Origin: an uncultured virus (IMG/VR IMGVR_UViG_3300037313_001079)
Taxonomy: Duplodnaviria; Heunggongvirae; Uroviricota; Caudoviricetes
IMG/VR virus record: IMGVR_UViG_3300037313_001079
Reading direction: 5' to 3' (one strand)
Length of the DNA: 64,000 bases
Part shown: positions 1-8,939 of the stretch, one piece after another
Numbering within the stretch: position 1 is the stretch's first letter
How the letters are laid out: each line of letters starts with the position of its first letter
The notes under the pieces: model-generated
The model's database searches: none
Seen by the model: only the letters and a program-made list of their open reading frames with translations
What the model was told of the DNA's origin: nothing
Made by a program: the position numbers and the translations under genes

Positions 1-50
1 GCCGCGATGTTCAGCTGAGCCTTCGCGTCCGACAGGGTCACGATCGCCAC
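1..50 (-). CDS. 5' part of a probable head-tail connector (HK97 gp6-like) protein; runs off the window
   Basis: GTG at 50 preceded by GAGGGG; translates MAIVTLSDAKAQLNIA, resembling the 'vtL.eaK.hLr' N-terminus of gp6-like connectors; only 16 codons visible. Confidence 0.5.
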   Translation of the reverse strand, partial: MAIVTLSDAKAQLNIA

Positions 51-62
51 TGCAGTCCCCTC

Positions 63-2303
63 TCAGACCGCATACCAGCCCCACGCGGTGCCGTCGTAGT
101 CGGCCAGGAAGCGCACGGTGTTGCCGGCCGCCACGGTCATGGTGGTGGTGCCGGCCGGGTGGATGAGCTGTCCGCCAGTTGAGGCCACCGTGAGCAGGTT
201 CGAGCCGGTGTTCTTCAGCGTGTATTCGACCGGGTTCACGTCGGCGTCCGGCAGGGTGGCGGTGAACCCGCCGGCCGTGGTGTCGCACAGCAGGACGCGG
301 TCGATGGGCGAGGCGGTGAAGCCGGCCGTCTTCCGGGAGACAGCCCTGGGAACCTGCCCGTTGACGATCTCGATGCCCGTGGGGTGGGCGATGGAGACCC
401 CGGACGGGGTGAACAGGCCGGTGAGCTTGAGCGTGCCGAGCGCGCCCATCAGGGCGCCGACGCCGTTGCCGTCCACATTGGGTGTGGACGATTCGGTGGA
501 CAGGTGGATGTCGACGGTCGGGCCGACGCCCTGGGAGCCGACCCCGACGATGTACACCTCGTGCGTGCAGGCCTCCACGGACGCGGACAGCACCCGCATC
601 TCGTGCACGCTGCCGACGGACCCGGCATACGAGCCCACCGCGCACAGTGCCGCCCAGCAGTACAGGACCATGATCCGACTGATCAGCGTGTGCTCGCTGA
701 AGAAGATCCCGTAGGTGTAGCCGCCCTGGATCGATAGGTTGTCCACGATGGACAGGTCGTTGTTACCGGGCGCGGGCATGAGGCAACCGACAGACAAGCC
801 CGTGCCGAACGTCCCCGGCGAGGTGTAGTCGGTGGAGCTGGGCACCGTGCCCAGGGTGGAGATGGACACGTTGCGCACGTGGGCGTTGGCGCAGCCGTAG
901 AAGTTGAAGCCGCCCCAGGTGATGCCGTAGGCGGTGTGTGGCGTGAGGATCGCCATGTTGCTGAGCATCGGCTGGGTATTGCTGAACCGGGCGCTCGCGC
1001 CGTAGGCCAGGCCGTTGCTGGCGCCTTCGTTCGGGCCGCTGATCACGCCGGGGTTGCCGTTGGCGTTCAAGTCGGTGAGCTGCGCCGACGTGGATGAGTA
1101 GAAGCCGAAGCTGATCCACGTGGCGCCGCTGATTTGCGGGACGGTCTGCTCCCAATGCCGCACGCCCGCGCCGGATCCGTCACTGACGAAGGCCGGCGTC
1201 TTCTTCCCGGCCGTGGTCGGGTCCGGGCCGAACACCACTTGCCCATTGCCGCTCTTACTCGTGTCCAGCGGGCCGTCGATGACGTAACCGCCGGTCGGCG
1301 GGGTGTAGACCTCGGAGTACGGGTGGCCGACGGCCCGGTAGGCCTCGGCCGCCGCAGTGGCCGCTCGGATGGCGTCGTAGTTGTTCGTGCCGAAGACCAC
1401 GATGGCGCCCGTGATGGAGGTCGGCGGGGTCCCGGCGAGGGCCACGCTGTCGGGCCCGTTGTACCCGGCGATCGTCGTCGCCCAGGCGGTCACGCCGAAC
1501 GTGCCAGCGCCTTGCACCAGCACGTGCTTGCCGACGTCGCCGGCCGTGAACGGGCGGCTCGTGGCGCAGGTCAGAGTCGCCACGCCCACGTTGACCGCAC
1601 CGTCGGTGACGATCACCGCGTCACCCTTAGCCCCGTAGGCCGGGTCGGTGATGTCGAACCGCCACGGCCGGGCGAGGCCGAGGTTCGCCCGGGCCGTGGC
1701 CGCGCTTGCGAGGTCCGCGAGGTTCTGTGCCTTCTGGACGGCGCCGACGATCCGCGAGTCATCGCCCGCCGCATACGTTCCCGCGGTCGTCCCCGTCGGC
1801 GGCAGGGCTGGGCTGCCGTGGGTGTGGTCGCCGCGCGCATAGTCCGTGCTCACGCCGGCGGACGCTGCCAGCCCGTAGTTGGTCTCCGCCGTCACCGTGT
1901 CCGACGGGGTGCCGTGGCCGCCCGGCACGGACACCACGATGCCGGTCGACGCCTCGACTTCCACCAGCGTCGACAGATCCACCGATCCGGCGGAGGCGGG
2001 GATGAGGACGTTGTAGCTGCGGGGGGTTTCGCCGGTGAGGTTCTGGTCGAGGCGGTACGTCCATCCCTCGGGGGTGAAGCCCTCGGCGTCATTCGGCAGC
2101 ACGGCCCGCGGCGTGAAGGAACCGGACGCGCCCACCGTGAACTGGACCGCGCCGACCGCGATGATGCCGTGCTCCGCCGATACGACTTCGGGCACGGTCG
2201 GGGTGAGGGTGATGGTGCCCTGCTGGTAGTCGCCATCGAGCGTCCTGTACCCGTTCGCGGGAGCGGTGACCGTGACCGTCTGCACACCAGTGGGAAACGA
2301 CAT
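63..2303 (-). CDS. Tailspike/fibre-like virion protein with probable beta-helix carbohydrate-active domain
   Basis: 746 aa; GGAGG RBS; phage-fibre linker 'QNLADLASAATARANLGL'; 'FDITDPAYGAKGD...TNNYDAIRAA' pectate-lyase-like start motif; G/T/S-rich. Confidence 0.7.
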   Translation of the reverse strand: MSFPTGVQTVTVTAPANGYRTLDGDYQQGTITLTPTVPEVVSAEHGIIAVGAVQFTVGASGSFTPRAVLPNDAEGFTPEGWTYRLDQNLTGETPRSYNVLIPASAGSVDLSTLVEVEASTGIVVSVPGGHGTPSDTVTAETNYGLAASAGVSTDYARGDHTHGSPALPPTGTTAGTYAAGDDSRIVGAVQKAQNLADLASAATARANLGLARPWRFDITDPAYGAKGDAVIVTDGAVNVGVATLTCATSRPFTAGDVGKHVLVQGAGTFGVTAWATTIAGYNGPDSVALAGTPPTSITGAIVVFGTNNYDAIRAATAAAEAYRAVGHPYSEVYTPPTGGYVIDGPLDTSKSGNGQVVFGPDPTTAGKKTPAFVSDGSGAGVRHWEQTVPQISGATWISFGFYSSTSAQLTDLNANGNPGVISGPNEGASNGLAYGASARFSNTQPMLSNMAILTPHTAYGITWGGFNFYGCANAHVRNVSISTLGTVPSSTDYTSPGTFGTGLSVGCLMPAPGNNDLSIVDNLSIQGGYTYGIFFSEHTLISRIMVLYCWAALCAVGSYAGSVGSVHEMRVLSASVEACTHEVYIVGVGSQGVGPTVDIHLSTESSTPNVDGNGVGALMGALGTLKLTGLFTPSGVSIAHPTGIEIVNGQVPRAVSRKTAGFTASPIDRVLLCDTTAGGFTATLPDADVNPVEYTLKNTGSNLLTVASTGGQLIHPAGTTTMTVAAGNTVRFLADYDGTAWGWYAV

Positions 2304-2312
2304 CAGGCCCTC

Positions 2313-2972
2313 CTAGTACAGCCTGCGCTGCGGGTCGAGCGCCGCGGACTGCGGCGAGGGAGTCTTGCTGTCGCCTCCGCCGTCGCCGGTGCCGTTGTCG
2401 CGCCGGCATTCGAGGGCGTCGGGATCGTCGGGCGGGGTCTGCAGAGAGTAGCCGTCCGGGCAGTTGGGCCCGGCCGGCCCCTGTTCGCCCTGGGGGCCTT
2501 GCTCGCCCTGCGGGCCCTGGGGTCCTGCTGGCCCGGCGGGTCCTGGCGGGCCGGTCACCGTGGCGCCGGGCGGACCAGGTGCGCCCGAGGCTCCCGACGG
2601 GCCGGGCGACGGGGTGATGGTCGGCGCCGGCTTCCCCGGATCGCCCTTATCGCCCTTTGGACCGGGTGGGCCGGGGATCGGCACGGGTACCTCTGCACGG
2701 GCCGACAGCGACGGCACCGCCTTCGAAGGGTCCGGCGCCACCGGAGTGCCGCCCTTCGCTTGCACCTGTGCGCGTAGTGCCCGCACATCCCCGGCCAGGG
2801 TGGCTACCGCATCACCGCGCCGGTTCGCCTCGGCGACCGCCGACCGATAGTTGCGGTCTGAGGCGTCGATGCGGTGCCACAACGCCCACGACAGGCCGAA
2901 CAGAGCGACGATCGCGCACAGGGTGGCGATGCCCCGCCAATGCGAGACGATCGTGCGCTTGGTCCGGGTCAT
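2313..2972 (-). CDS. Membrane-anchored collagen-like protein of the lysis cassette
   Basis: N-terminal TM helix, coiled coil, Gly-X-Y repeats ([20 protein letters not shown]), C-terminal CPDGY...C. Confidence 0.85.
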   Translation of the reverse strand: MTRTKRTIVSHWRGIATLCAIVALFGLSWALWHRIDASDRNYRSAVAEANRRGDAVATLAGDVRALRAQVQAKGGTPVAPDPSKAVPSLSARAEVPVPIPGPPGPKGDKGDPGKPAPTITPSPGPSGASGAPGPPGATVTGPPGPAGPAGPQGPQGEQGPQGEQGPAGPNCPDGYSLQTPPDDPDALECRRDNGTGDGGGDSKTPSPQSAALDPQRRLY

Positions 2973-3229
2973 GGGGGCGGGTGTCCTCCGAGTCGAATGA
3001 TCTCTATCTCAAGCTGGGTGATTCTGACCAGGTCGTCGCGTCTGCGCTGGTGCAGGACGTCGACTTCGGCTTGCGCCGCCTTACGCTCAGCGCGCTCCGT
3101 CGTCAGTTCCTCCTGCAGTTGGTCCGTCAGCGAGTTGGCTCCCTCGCCGCGTTTGCCGATGAACGTCACCACCGAGCCGGACACGACGCCGACGCAGGCG
3201 AGGATCGCGCCGATGGTGGTGCCGTCCAC
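2969..3229 (-). CDS. Small single-TM coiled-coil lysis-associated membrane protein
   Basis: GTG at 3229 with [31 protein letters not shown] then coiled coil; 86 aa; next to holin. Confidence 0.75.
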   Translation of the reverse strand: MDGTTIGAILACVGVVSGSVVTFIGKRGEGANSLTDQLQEELTTERAERKAAQAEVDVLHQRRRDDLVRITQLEIEIIRLGGHPPP

Positions 3230-3237
3230 GGCCCTCC

Positions 3238-3552
3238 TTACTCGCTGGCGGCGTGCCTTGGGCCGCCGGTGGAGGTGGCCTGTTCGATGCCGGGTGCGAT
3301 CCCGCTGGGTTTCCACAGGGTGTGGTAGGTGGTGCCGATGATGATGACTGCGATGAGGACGCAGGCGATGATCTTCCGGTCGTGCCATTCGCCGTTGAAG
3401 TAGGCGGTGCCGAGGCCGTCGAGGGTGGCGACTACGATCATGAGGATGCCCTTGATGGCGCCGGACCACCTGGGCTGGTTGACGATCGCGATGATGGGCG
3501 GGAGGACGACGGCGAGTGCCGCCGCCCAGAGTTCCGCGTCGGAGATGGGCAT
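3238..3552 (-). CDS. Holin
   Basis: 104 aa, about three TM segments, immediately downstream of endolysin. Confidence 0.75.
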   Translation of the reverse strand: MPISDAELWAAALAVVLPPIIAIVNQPRWSGAIKGILMIVVATLDGLGTAYFNGEWHDRKIIACVLIAVIIIGTTYHTLWKPSGIAPGIEQATSTGGPRHAASE

Positions 3553-3565
3553 GGTCCTTGGCTCC

Positions 3566-4531
3566 TTATCCCTGGGGGCCGGTCACGTCGACCGACACCT
3601 TCACTACCGCGTCGGCGACGGCCTTCTGCACGGCCGCCACGACGGTGTCCGTGTCCACTCCCGAGCCGACCAGCTTGGCCAGCGCGGCGATCGCCGCGGA
3701 CTGCGCGGCCTCCTGCTTGCCCAGCTGCTGCAGTCGCTGGTCGATGCCCTTCAGGTACGACTGCGGCTGCCAGGTGGGGTTCGTCTTCACGTCCGGCGCG
3801 TCGGCCGGCGCGGCGATGTCGTCGATCTTCCAGACGGCGTCGTGGATCTGCTGTGCGGTGAAGCCCGCCATGGGGTCCTCCTCGGTGGTGCCTTGTGCCC
3901 ATGCGCGGAAGTCCGCGGCGGACAGGTAGGCGATCGATTCGTCGATCCGAACGGGGCCCGCCGGGTCGCTGGTGAACTGCCAGATCAGCGGCGCCCGCCC
4001 GGACGGCTTCGGCTGGGCGTGGGCTTCCGCCTCGGCGTAGGTGTCGACGGCTGTGCCGGGGTAGGCGGGGTACCACAGCGGCAGCCCGGCGGGGACGCGC
4101 CCGGCGGCGATGTCGTCGGCGCTGGTGTAGATGCCGACGCGCTGCCCGGGGAACGCGGCCTGCACCTTGGCGACCCAGGCGGCGGCCCAGTCGCGGATCT
4201 GCGCCGCGGTCCGGCCGCTGTAGTTCCGGCCGTCGCTGTAGCGTTCGAGGTCGAGCCAGTGCGTGAAGCCTCGTCCTGCGTAGGCGCGGACGGCGCTGAT
4301 GTAGTTCGCGGCCTCGGTGGCGACGTCCTGGTTGGGCCAGGCGAAGTGGTAGCCGCCCGGCACCAGTCCAGCGCCCTTGATGCCGGTGATGTGCGTGGCG
4401 AACTTGGGGTCGTGGGTGTGCTGGCCCTCGGATGCTTTGGCGAAGGCGAAGACGATGCCCTGCTTCTTCCAGGCAGCCCAGTCCTGGGCGCCCTGGTAGG
4501 CGGAGACGTCGATACCGCGGCAGGTGGCCAT
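3566..4531 (-). CDS. Endolysin, GH25 muramidase
   Basis: GIDVSAYQG, KASEG, GYHF, WLDLE, WQFTS motifs of GH25. Confidence 0.92.
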   Translation of the reverse strand: MATCRGIDVSAYQGAQDWAAWKKQGIVFAFAKASEGQHTHDPKFATHITGIKGAGLVPGGYHFAWPNQDVATEAANYISAVRAYAGRGFTHWLDLERYSDGRNYSGRTAAQIRDWAAAWVAKVQAAFPGQRVGIYTSADDIAAGRVPAGLPLWYPAYPGTAVDTYAEAEAHAQPKPSGRAPLIWQFTSDPAGPVRIDESIAYLSAADFRAWAQGTTEEDPMAGFTAQQIHDAVWKIDDIAAPADAPDVKTNPTWQPQSYLKGIDQRLQQLGKQEAAQSAAIAALAKLVGSGVDTDTVVAAVQKAVADAVVKVSVDVTGPQG

Positions 4532-4533
4532 GG

Positions 4534-5370
4534 TCAGGCTCCGCTTCCGCTAGTTGGGATGTCGTTGCCGTTCACCAGCTGCTGCATCAGAGCGTCCGCT
4601 TCCTGGACCAGGGCAGCCGCCCGAGCCACGCGAGGATCCGTAGCAGGAGCTGGCGAAGGAGGAGGGGTGGGCACCGGAGCCGACGCCCAGACGGGGACGG
4701 TGACGTCGCCGTCCTGGGAGAGCAGCCATCCGAGGTTGGCCTGCGTGAGCCACGCGGACCCCTTGACGGCCCAGGACTCGCCCCAGCTGTTGTCGAGGCG
4801 GAAGGCCTGCCGGTCGGCGTCGTAGGCGGAGATGACGTACTCGTGTCCGCCGGCCACCGCCGACTTGCGGTCCACGACGACGTAGCCGTCAGCGTCGACG
4901 TCGAACATGCTCTGCAGCCAGACGGTGCCGACCATGACCGGCCCGTTCTGCAGGGCGCTCTTGAGGGCGTCCAGGGAGAAGGCGTGCTTGTAGCTGCTGG
5001 CCAGGCCGAGTTTCTTCAGGGCCTTCGCGGCGCCGAGGCCGGAGGAGCCGGTGTCGTCGGGCGGGTAGGTGCCCTCGATGTTGTCGAGCTGGGTGGCGAG
5101 TTCGTAGACCTTGACGGCCAAGTCCTCGTCGACGGGGAGCACGTCGCCGTTGACGGTGACCGAGGTGAGGCCGGGCCGTCCGTTGAAGTCGGTGCCGAGC
5201 AGGCCGGTGGCTGCGTTGCCGGTGCAGCTGCCCAGCGATCCCTGGTCGAAGTGGGGCACGCGGCGTGTCCAGTCGACGGACTTGATGGCCGTCTTGGGGA
5301 GGACGCCGTGGGCGTAGTTGAGGCTGCGTGGGTCGTGTTCGACGTGGCGGCCGAGTGAGTGGTGGGGCAT
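4534..5370 (-). CDS. Papain-like (C1 family) cysteine peptidase
   Basis: ATG at 5370 with GGGAGG RBS; DQGSLGSCTG (catalytic Cys), GGHEY (His), NSWG (Asn). Confidence 0.88.
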   Translation of the reverse strand: MPHHSLGRHVEHDPRSLNYAHGVLPKTAIKSVDWTRRVPHFDQGSLGSCTGNAATGLLGTDFNGRPGLTSVTVNGDVLPVDEDLAVKVYELATQLDNIEGTYPPDDTGSSGLGAAKALKKLGLASSYKHAFSLDALKSALQNGPVMVGTVWLQSMFDVDADGYVVVDRKSAVAGGHEYVISAYDADRQAFRLDNSWGESWAVKGSAWLTQANLGWLLSQDGDVTVPVWASAPVPTPPPSPAPATDPRVARAAALVQEADALMQQLVNGNDIPTSGSGA

Positions 5371-5395
5371 GCGGGTCCTCCCACAAGCTAGGTTC

Positions 5396-5440
5396 CCTTG
5401 GAATCGTAGCCTGTAGCACCCCATCGACCTAAGAATCGTA
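5396..5440 (-). promoter_or_regulatory. Two copies of putative late-promoter motif upstream of lysis operon
   Basis: + strand CCTTGGAATCGTA (5396-5408) and ACCTAAGAATCGTA (5427-5440); related copies precede terS, portal and capsid. Confidence 0.6.
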
Positions 5441-5567
5441 GGCTACAGTTCGGTTTGGTCCTTCCGCTCAGAGGGCCCGGTGGCAGGGACGTGTCCGTGC
5501 GGGTCGCGTCCCTGCCGCCCCAGAAACCCGCACCCACCCGCACAAACCCGCACGCAGGAGTCGCGCC

Positions 5568-6305
5568 ATGCATGACCCGCTGACCGTCGCGTTCGAAATC
5601 CGCCGCCCCTGGCCCGAGCGCTCGACCCTCCCAGCCGCAGGGGACAAGGCCACACGCTGGCGCATCCGCCTCCACCACGACTGCGGCACCTGGTGCGCGG
5701 ACGACCCGCCCCACCGCGAGGGCGCGTTCCCCTGGTGGAAGCCCTCCAGCTACAGCGCGTTCTGGCGCCTGGCAGGCCGGGAGTACTACTTCCCATCTCT
5801 GATCACCGTGTGGCATCGCGAGCCCGGTGGGCGCGACGGACTGACGGTGTGCAGCAAGCGCGTCCAGCGACGCGACGGTACGTGGCGGCGCACTCGTGGC
5901 TGGCGGTGGCACATCCACCACTACAAGCTCACGTTCCGGCCCTACCAGAAGTGGCGCCGACGCCTCCTTACCCGATGTGCGTGGTGCGGCGGACGTGATC
6001 GCAAGGGTGACTCGGTCAACGTCTCCCACTCGTGGAATGGGCCGCGCTCCCGTTGGTGGCAGGGTGAGCGTGGCCTGTTCCACCACGACTGCTCGCCGAT
6101 CGAGCGCGCGCACGCCACCTGCACCTGCACGCGGCCCGTGCTGGACCACGACGTCTATGGGAAGTGCGCCCGCTGCGGCCGGTTCCGGCCCTTCGGGTTC
6201 ACCGACGCCAACCTCGCCCGCGCTCGCGAACTCCAGACCATCCCGAAGGGCGGCCGACGCGCCGACGCCGAGGAGAGGCCCGTGTCAGACGGAGATGCGT
6301 CGTGA
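5568..6305 (+). CDS. Hypothetical Trp/Cys/His-rich phage protein
   Basis: 245 aa, GGAG RBS, several CxxC pairs. Confidence 0.7.
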   Translation: MHDPLTVAFEIRRPWPERSTLPAAGDKATRWRIRLHHDCGTWCADDPPHREGAFPWWKPSSYSAFWRLAGREYYFPSLITVWHREPGGRDGLTVCSKRVQRRDGTWRRTRGWRWHIHHYKLTFRPYQKWRRRLLTRCAWCGGRDRKGDSVNVSHSWNGPRSRWWQGERGLFHHDCSPIERAHATCTCTRPVLDHDVYGKCARCGRFRPFGFTDANLARARELQTIPKGGRRADAEERPVSDGDAS

Positions 6306-6409
6306 GCTACCTGTGCGCCGCGCTGGCGTTCCTGTTCGCGTTCCTCGTCCTCGCCCCGCCCGCCGAGGTGCGCATCGCGCCCGCGCCGGCCGCATGGAGC
6401 AGCCGATGA
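6302..6409 (+). CDS. Small membrane peptide
   Basis: GTG overlapping previous stop; MSYLCAALAFLFAFLVLA; stop overlaps next ATG. Confidence 0.5.
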   Translation: MSYLCAALAFLFAFLVLAPPAEVRIAPAPAAWSSR

Positions 6410-6732
6410 CCGGACCGTGCTCGCGCCCGGAATGCGGCGGCGAGACCCACACCGACGGCTGGGGCAACCCCATCCAATGCCCGCGCGACACCGCGTTCCT
6501 CTGGACCGCCGACCCGGGCCAGGAGATCACGCTCGCGCCGCCCGCGCCCCCGCGCATCGTCATCCCCGGCGACGACGGCCACCCGCTCGTCACGATCCAC
6601 CCCAACGGGACGCTGGAGTACGGACCCACCTACCAGCCCGACGAAGCCGCCCAACAGTTCTGGGACGCCCTCCGCCACTACATGCCCGCCCGCTGCCCCA
6701 ACTGCGGGCACATCCGAACGGAGGCGCCGTGA
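6406..6732 (+). CDS. Hypothetical protein with CxxC motifs
   Basis: ATGA coupling, 108 aa MTGPCSRPEC...CPNCGH. Confidence 0.65.
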   Translation: MTGPCSRPECGGETHTDGWGNPIQCPRDTAFLWTADPGQEITLAPPAPPRIVIPGDDGHPLVTIHPNGTLEYGPTYQPDEAAQQFWDALRHYMPARCPNCGHIRTEAP

Positions 6733-7283
6733 CCGAACCGACGCACCTCACTCGCGATCAGCTCGCACCGATCGTCGCCGCCGTATACCGGCGGGAAGCC
6801 GCAACACTCACCGGGGCCCGGCTGATCCTGCCACCGCTCCCGCCCTGCCCCACCTGCGGCCAGCAGCCCACCGAACTCACCACCAGCAGCGACAGCCACG
6901 ACCTGTTCGTCCGTAACCTGACCGCCCTCCGCTTCCGGCCCTGCGGTCACACCTTCACCGCCGACGGCGAAGACATCTACGAGGCGTACAACACCGCCCG
7001 CCAGGAGCCTGAGTCTCCGCTGCCTGACGAAGACACCAGCCCCGAAGCGCCACCCGCAGCCACCCCGCTCGAAGAAGCGCAGGCGACGATCGAGTCCCTC
7101 CGCTACCAGATCCGCCGCGCCCGCGAAGCCCTCGCCACCGACGAACCCGTCGACCGCTGCCCGTCCTGTGAGCACCGGTGGGACATCCACGCGGACGACG
7201 GCTGCTGGCACACGGTCACCCACGGCCGCGCCGACCGGAACCTCGTCTGTGCCTGCCGAATCCCCCGCAAGGAGCAGCCGTGA
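6729..7283 (+). CDS. Hypothetical zinc-binding protein
   Basis: GTGA coupling with GGAGG RBS; CPTC, CGH, CPSCEH, CAC. Confidence 0.65.
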   Translation: MTEPTHLTRDQLAPIVAAVYRREAATLTGARLILPPLPPCPTCGQQPTELTTSSDSHDLFVRNLTALRFRPCGHTFTADGEDIYEAYNTARQEPESPLPDEDTSPEAPPAATPLEEAQATIESLRYQIRRAREALATDEPVDRCPSCEHRWDIHADDGCWHTVTHGRADRNLVCACRIPRKEQP

Positions 7284-7429
7284 ACACCGCCGTCACCATC
7301 ACCCTGATCATCACCGCGTTCCTCCTCGCCGTCGTCATCGTCACCTCCATCCGCGACACCGCCCAGGCCAAGCACAACCCCACCCGCTGCCCGAACTGCG
7401 GCCACACCAGCAAGGAGAACCACGAATGA
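7280..7429 (+). CDS. Small membrane protein with CPNC
   Basis: GTGA coupling; MNTAVTITLIITAFLLAVVIV. Confidence 0.6.
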   Translation: MNTAVTITLIITAFLLAVVIVTSIRDTAQAKHNPTRCPNCGHTSKENHE

Positions 7430-8376
7430 AGATCGGCATCACCGGCGGCGCAGGCTTCATCGGCGGCCACGTAGCCGACGAGATCGCACGCCGCGGCCAC
7501 GAACCCGTCATCTTCGACCACCTCGGCCGCACCGCCCGCAGCAACATCCCCGAGGCCTACCGGCCTGTCCTCATGGGCGACGTCCGCGACCCCGTCGCCA
7601 TGTGCGAGCTCGCCGCCCACGTCGACGGCATCATCCACCTCGCCGCCTGCCTCGGCACCCAAGAGACCATCAAGAACCCGCGGCCGGCCGCCGAGACCAA
7701 CGTCCAGGGCGGCCTCAACTTCCTCGAAGCGATCGCCCAGTACGACATCCCCGGCGTGTACATCGGGGTCGGAAACCACTGGATGAACAACACCTACTCG
7801 ATCAGCAAGACCACGGTCGAGCGGTTCGTCTCCATGTTCAACAAGGAACGCAGCACCCGCTGCAACGTTGTCCGGCTCGTCAACGCCTACGGCCCGCACC
7901 AGTCGGTGGCCCCGCCTTACGGGGCAGCGAAGGTCCGCAAGATCACGCCGTCGTTCGTGTGCCGGGCGCTCACCGGTGCGCCGATCGAGGTGTACGGCGA
8001 CGGGCAGCAGGTCTCCGACATGGTCCACGTCACCGACGGCGCGAAGGCCCTCGTCTCCGCGCTGGAGAAGGCCGCCGACGGTGTCGTGCTGGAGAAGGCC
8101 GTCGAGGTCGGGCCGGCTGACCACCGCACCGTGAACGAGGTCGCCGAGCTCGTCATCAAGGCCGCGGTCGATCTCGGCTTCGACGAGGTGCCGCTGACGC
8201 ATCTGCCGATGCGGCCGGGTGAGATCCCGGGCGCGCAGGTGACGGCGGACGTGGGCACGCTGCCGCTGGTGGGGATGAGCGCGGAGGAGTTGGTGCCGTT
8301 GGAGGCTGGGATCGCGGACGTGGTGGCTTGGTACGCGGAGAACTGGCTGCCGCGCTACCGGGCCAACGGGCAGTAG
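7426..8376 (+). CDS. NAD-dependent nucleotide-sugar epimerase/dehydratase (extended SDR)
   Basis: MKIGITGGAGFIG Rossmann motif, IIHLAA, YSISK (YxxxK), NAYGP, VYGDGQQVSDMVHVTD. Confidence 0.93.
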   Translation: MKIGITGGAGFIGGHVADEIARRGHEPVIFDHLGRTARSNIPEAYRPVLMGDVRDPVAMCELAAHVDGIIHLAACLGTQETIKNPRPAAETNVQGGLNFLEAIAQYDIPGVYIGVGNHWMNNTYSISKTTVERFVSMFNKERSTRCNVVRLVNAYGPHQSVAPPYGAAKVRKITPSFVCRALTGAPIEVYGDGQQVSDMVHVTDGAKALVSALEKAADGVVLEKAVEVGPADHRTVNEVAELVIKAAVDLGFDEVPLTHLPMRPGEIPGAQVTADVGTLPLVGMSAEELVPLEAGIADVVAWYAENWLPRYRANGQ

Positions 8377-8386
8377 GGGGACGGCT

Positions 8387-8593
8387 GTGCCCCGCCGCGC
8401 AACAGCCCTGCTGATCCCGTGCCCGTGGTCCGGGGACGAGAGCGACCGCATCCCGCGCCGTTACTGGGCCTGGTTCTGGCTGTACAAGCACACGCGCGGA
8501 CTGCGGCACCGCCTCGGCTTGCATGACTACGAGTACATCTACGCGATCCACGGGCGTCGCTGCACGTGGTGTGGCAAGACGGAAGGGGCATGA
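8387..8593 (+). CDS. Hypothetical protein
   Basis: 68 aa, C-terminal CTWC, in + strand operon. Confidence 0.5.
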   Translation: MPRRATALLIPCPWSGDESDRIPRRYWAWFWLYKHTRGLRHRLGLHDYEYIYAIHGRRCTWCGKTEGA

Positions 8594-8594
8594 C

Positions 8595-8939
8595 GTGGCC
8601 CGCTTGCAGATCCTGGAACTCCCCCAGGGAGACGGCGACGACCGGCCGCCGTTCATCCTCGTCATCGACCAAGCCCCACCCACCGCGGAAGCGTTCGACG
8701 CCCTGCGCCGCGACCTCCTCAGCGATGGGGACCTTGCGCCCCGCCTCGGCGCCCGCGCCGTGCTGTGCTTCGAGGAGACCATCGAAATCCCAGCCAACGA
8801 GGTGCCGGTCGACCCGGAGGGCTATCCGGTGCGCATCCGTGTCGAAGGCGACTTCGAGCAGTTCCGGGAGCAGGTGCAGGAGGAGATCAGGCAGGCGCAG
8901 CGTGCTGCCCGGATGGCGGGGCAATGGGGGCCGCGGTGA
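8595..8939 (+). CDS. Hypothetical phage protein
   Basis: GTG start MARLQILELP...PFILVIDQ; coupled to glycosyltransferase. Confidence 0.65.
   Translation: MARLQILELPQGDGDDRPPFILVIDQAPPTAEAFDALRRDLLSDGDLAPRLGARAVLCFEETIEIPANEVPVDPEGYPVRIRVEGDFEQFREQVQEEIRQAQRAARMAGQWGPR

Noticed and set aside
2460..2680. Nucleotide repeats in the collagen-like gene
   Set aside because: Explained by Gly-X-Y protein repeats
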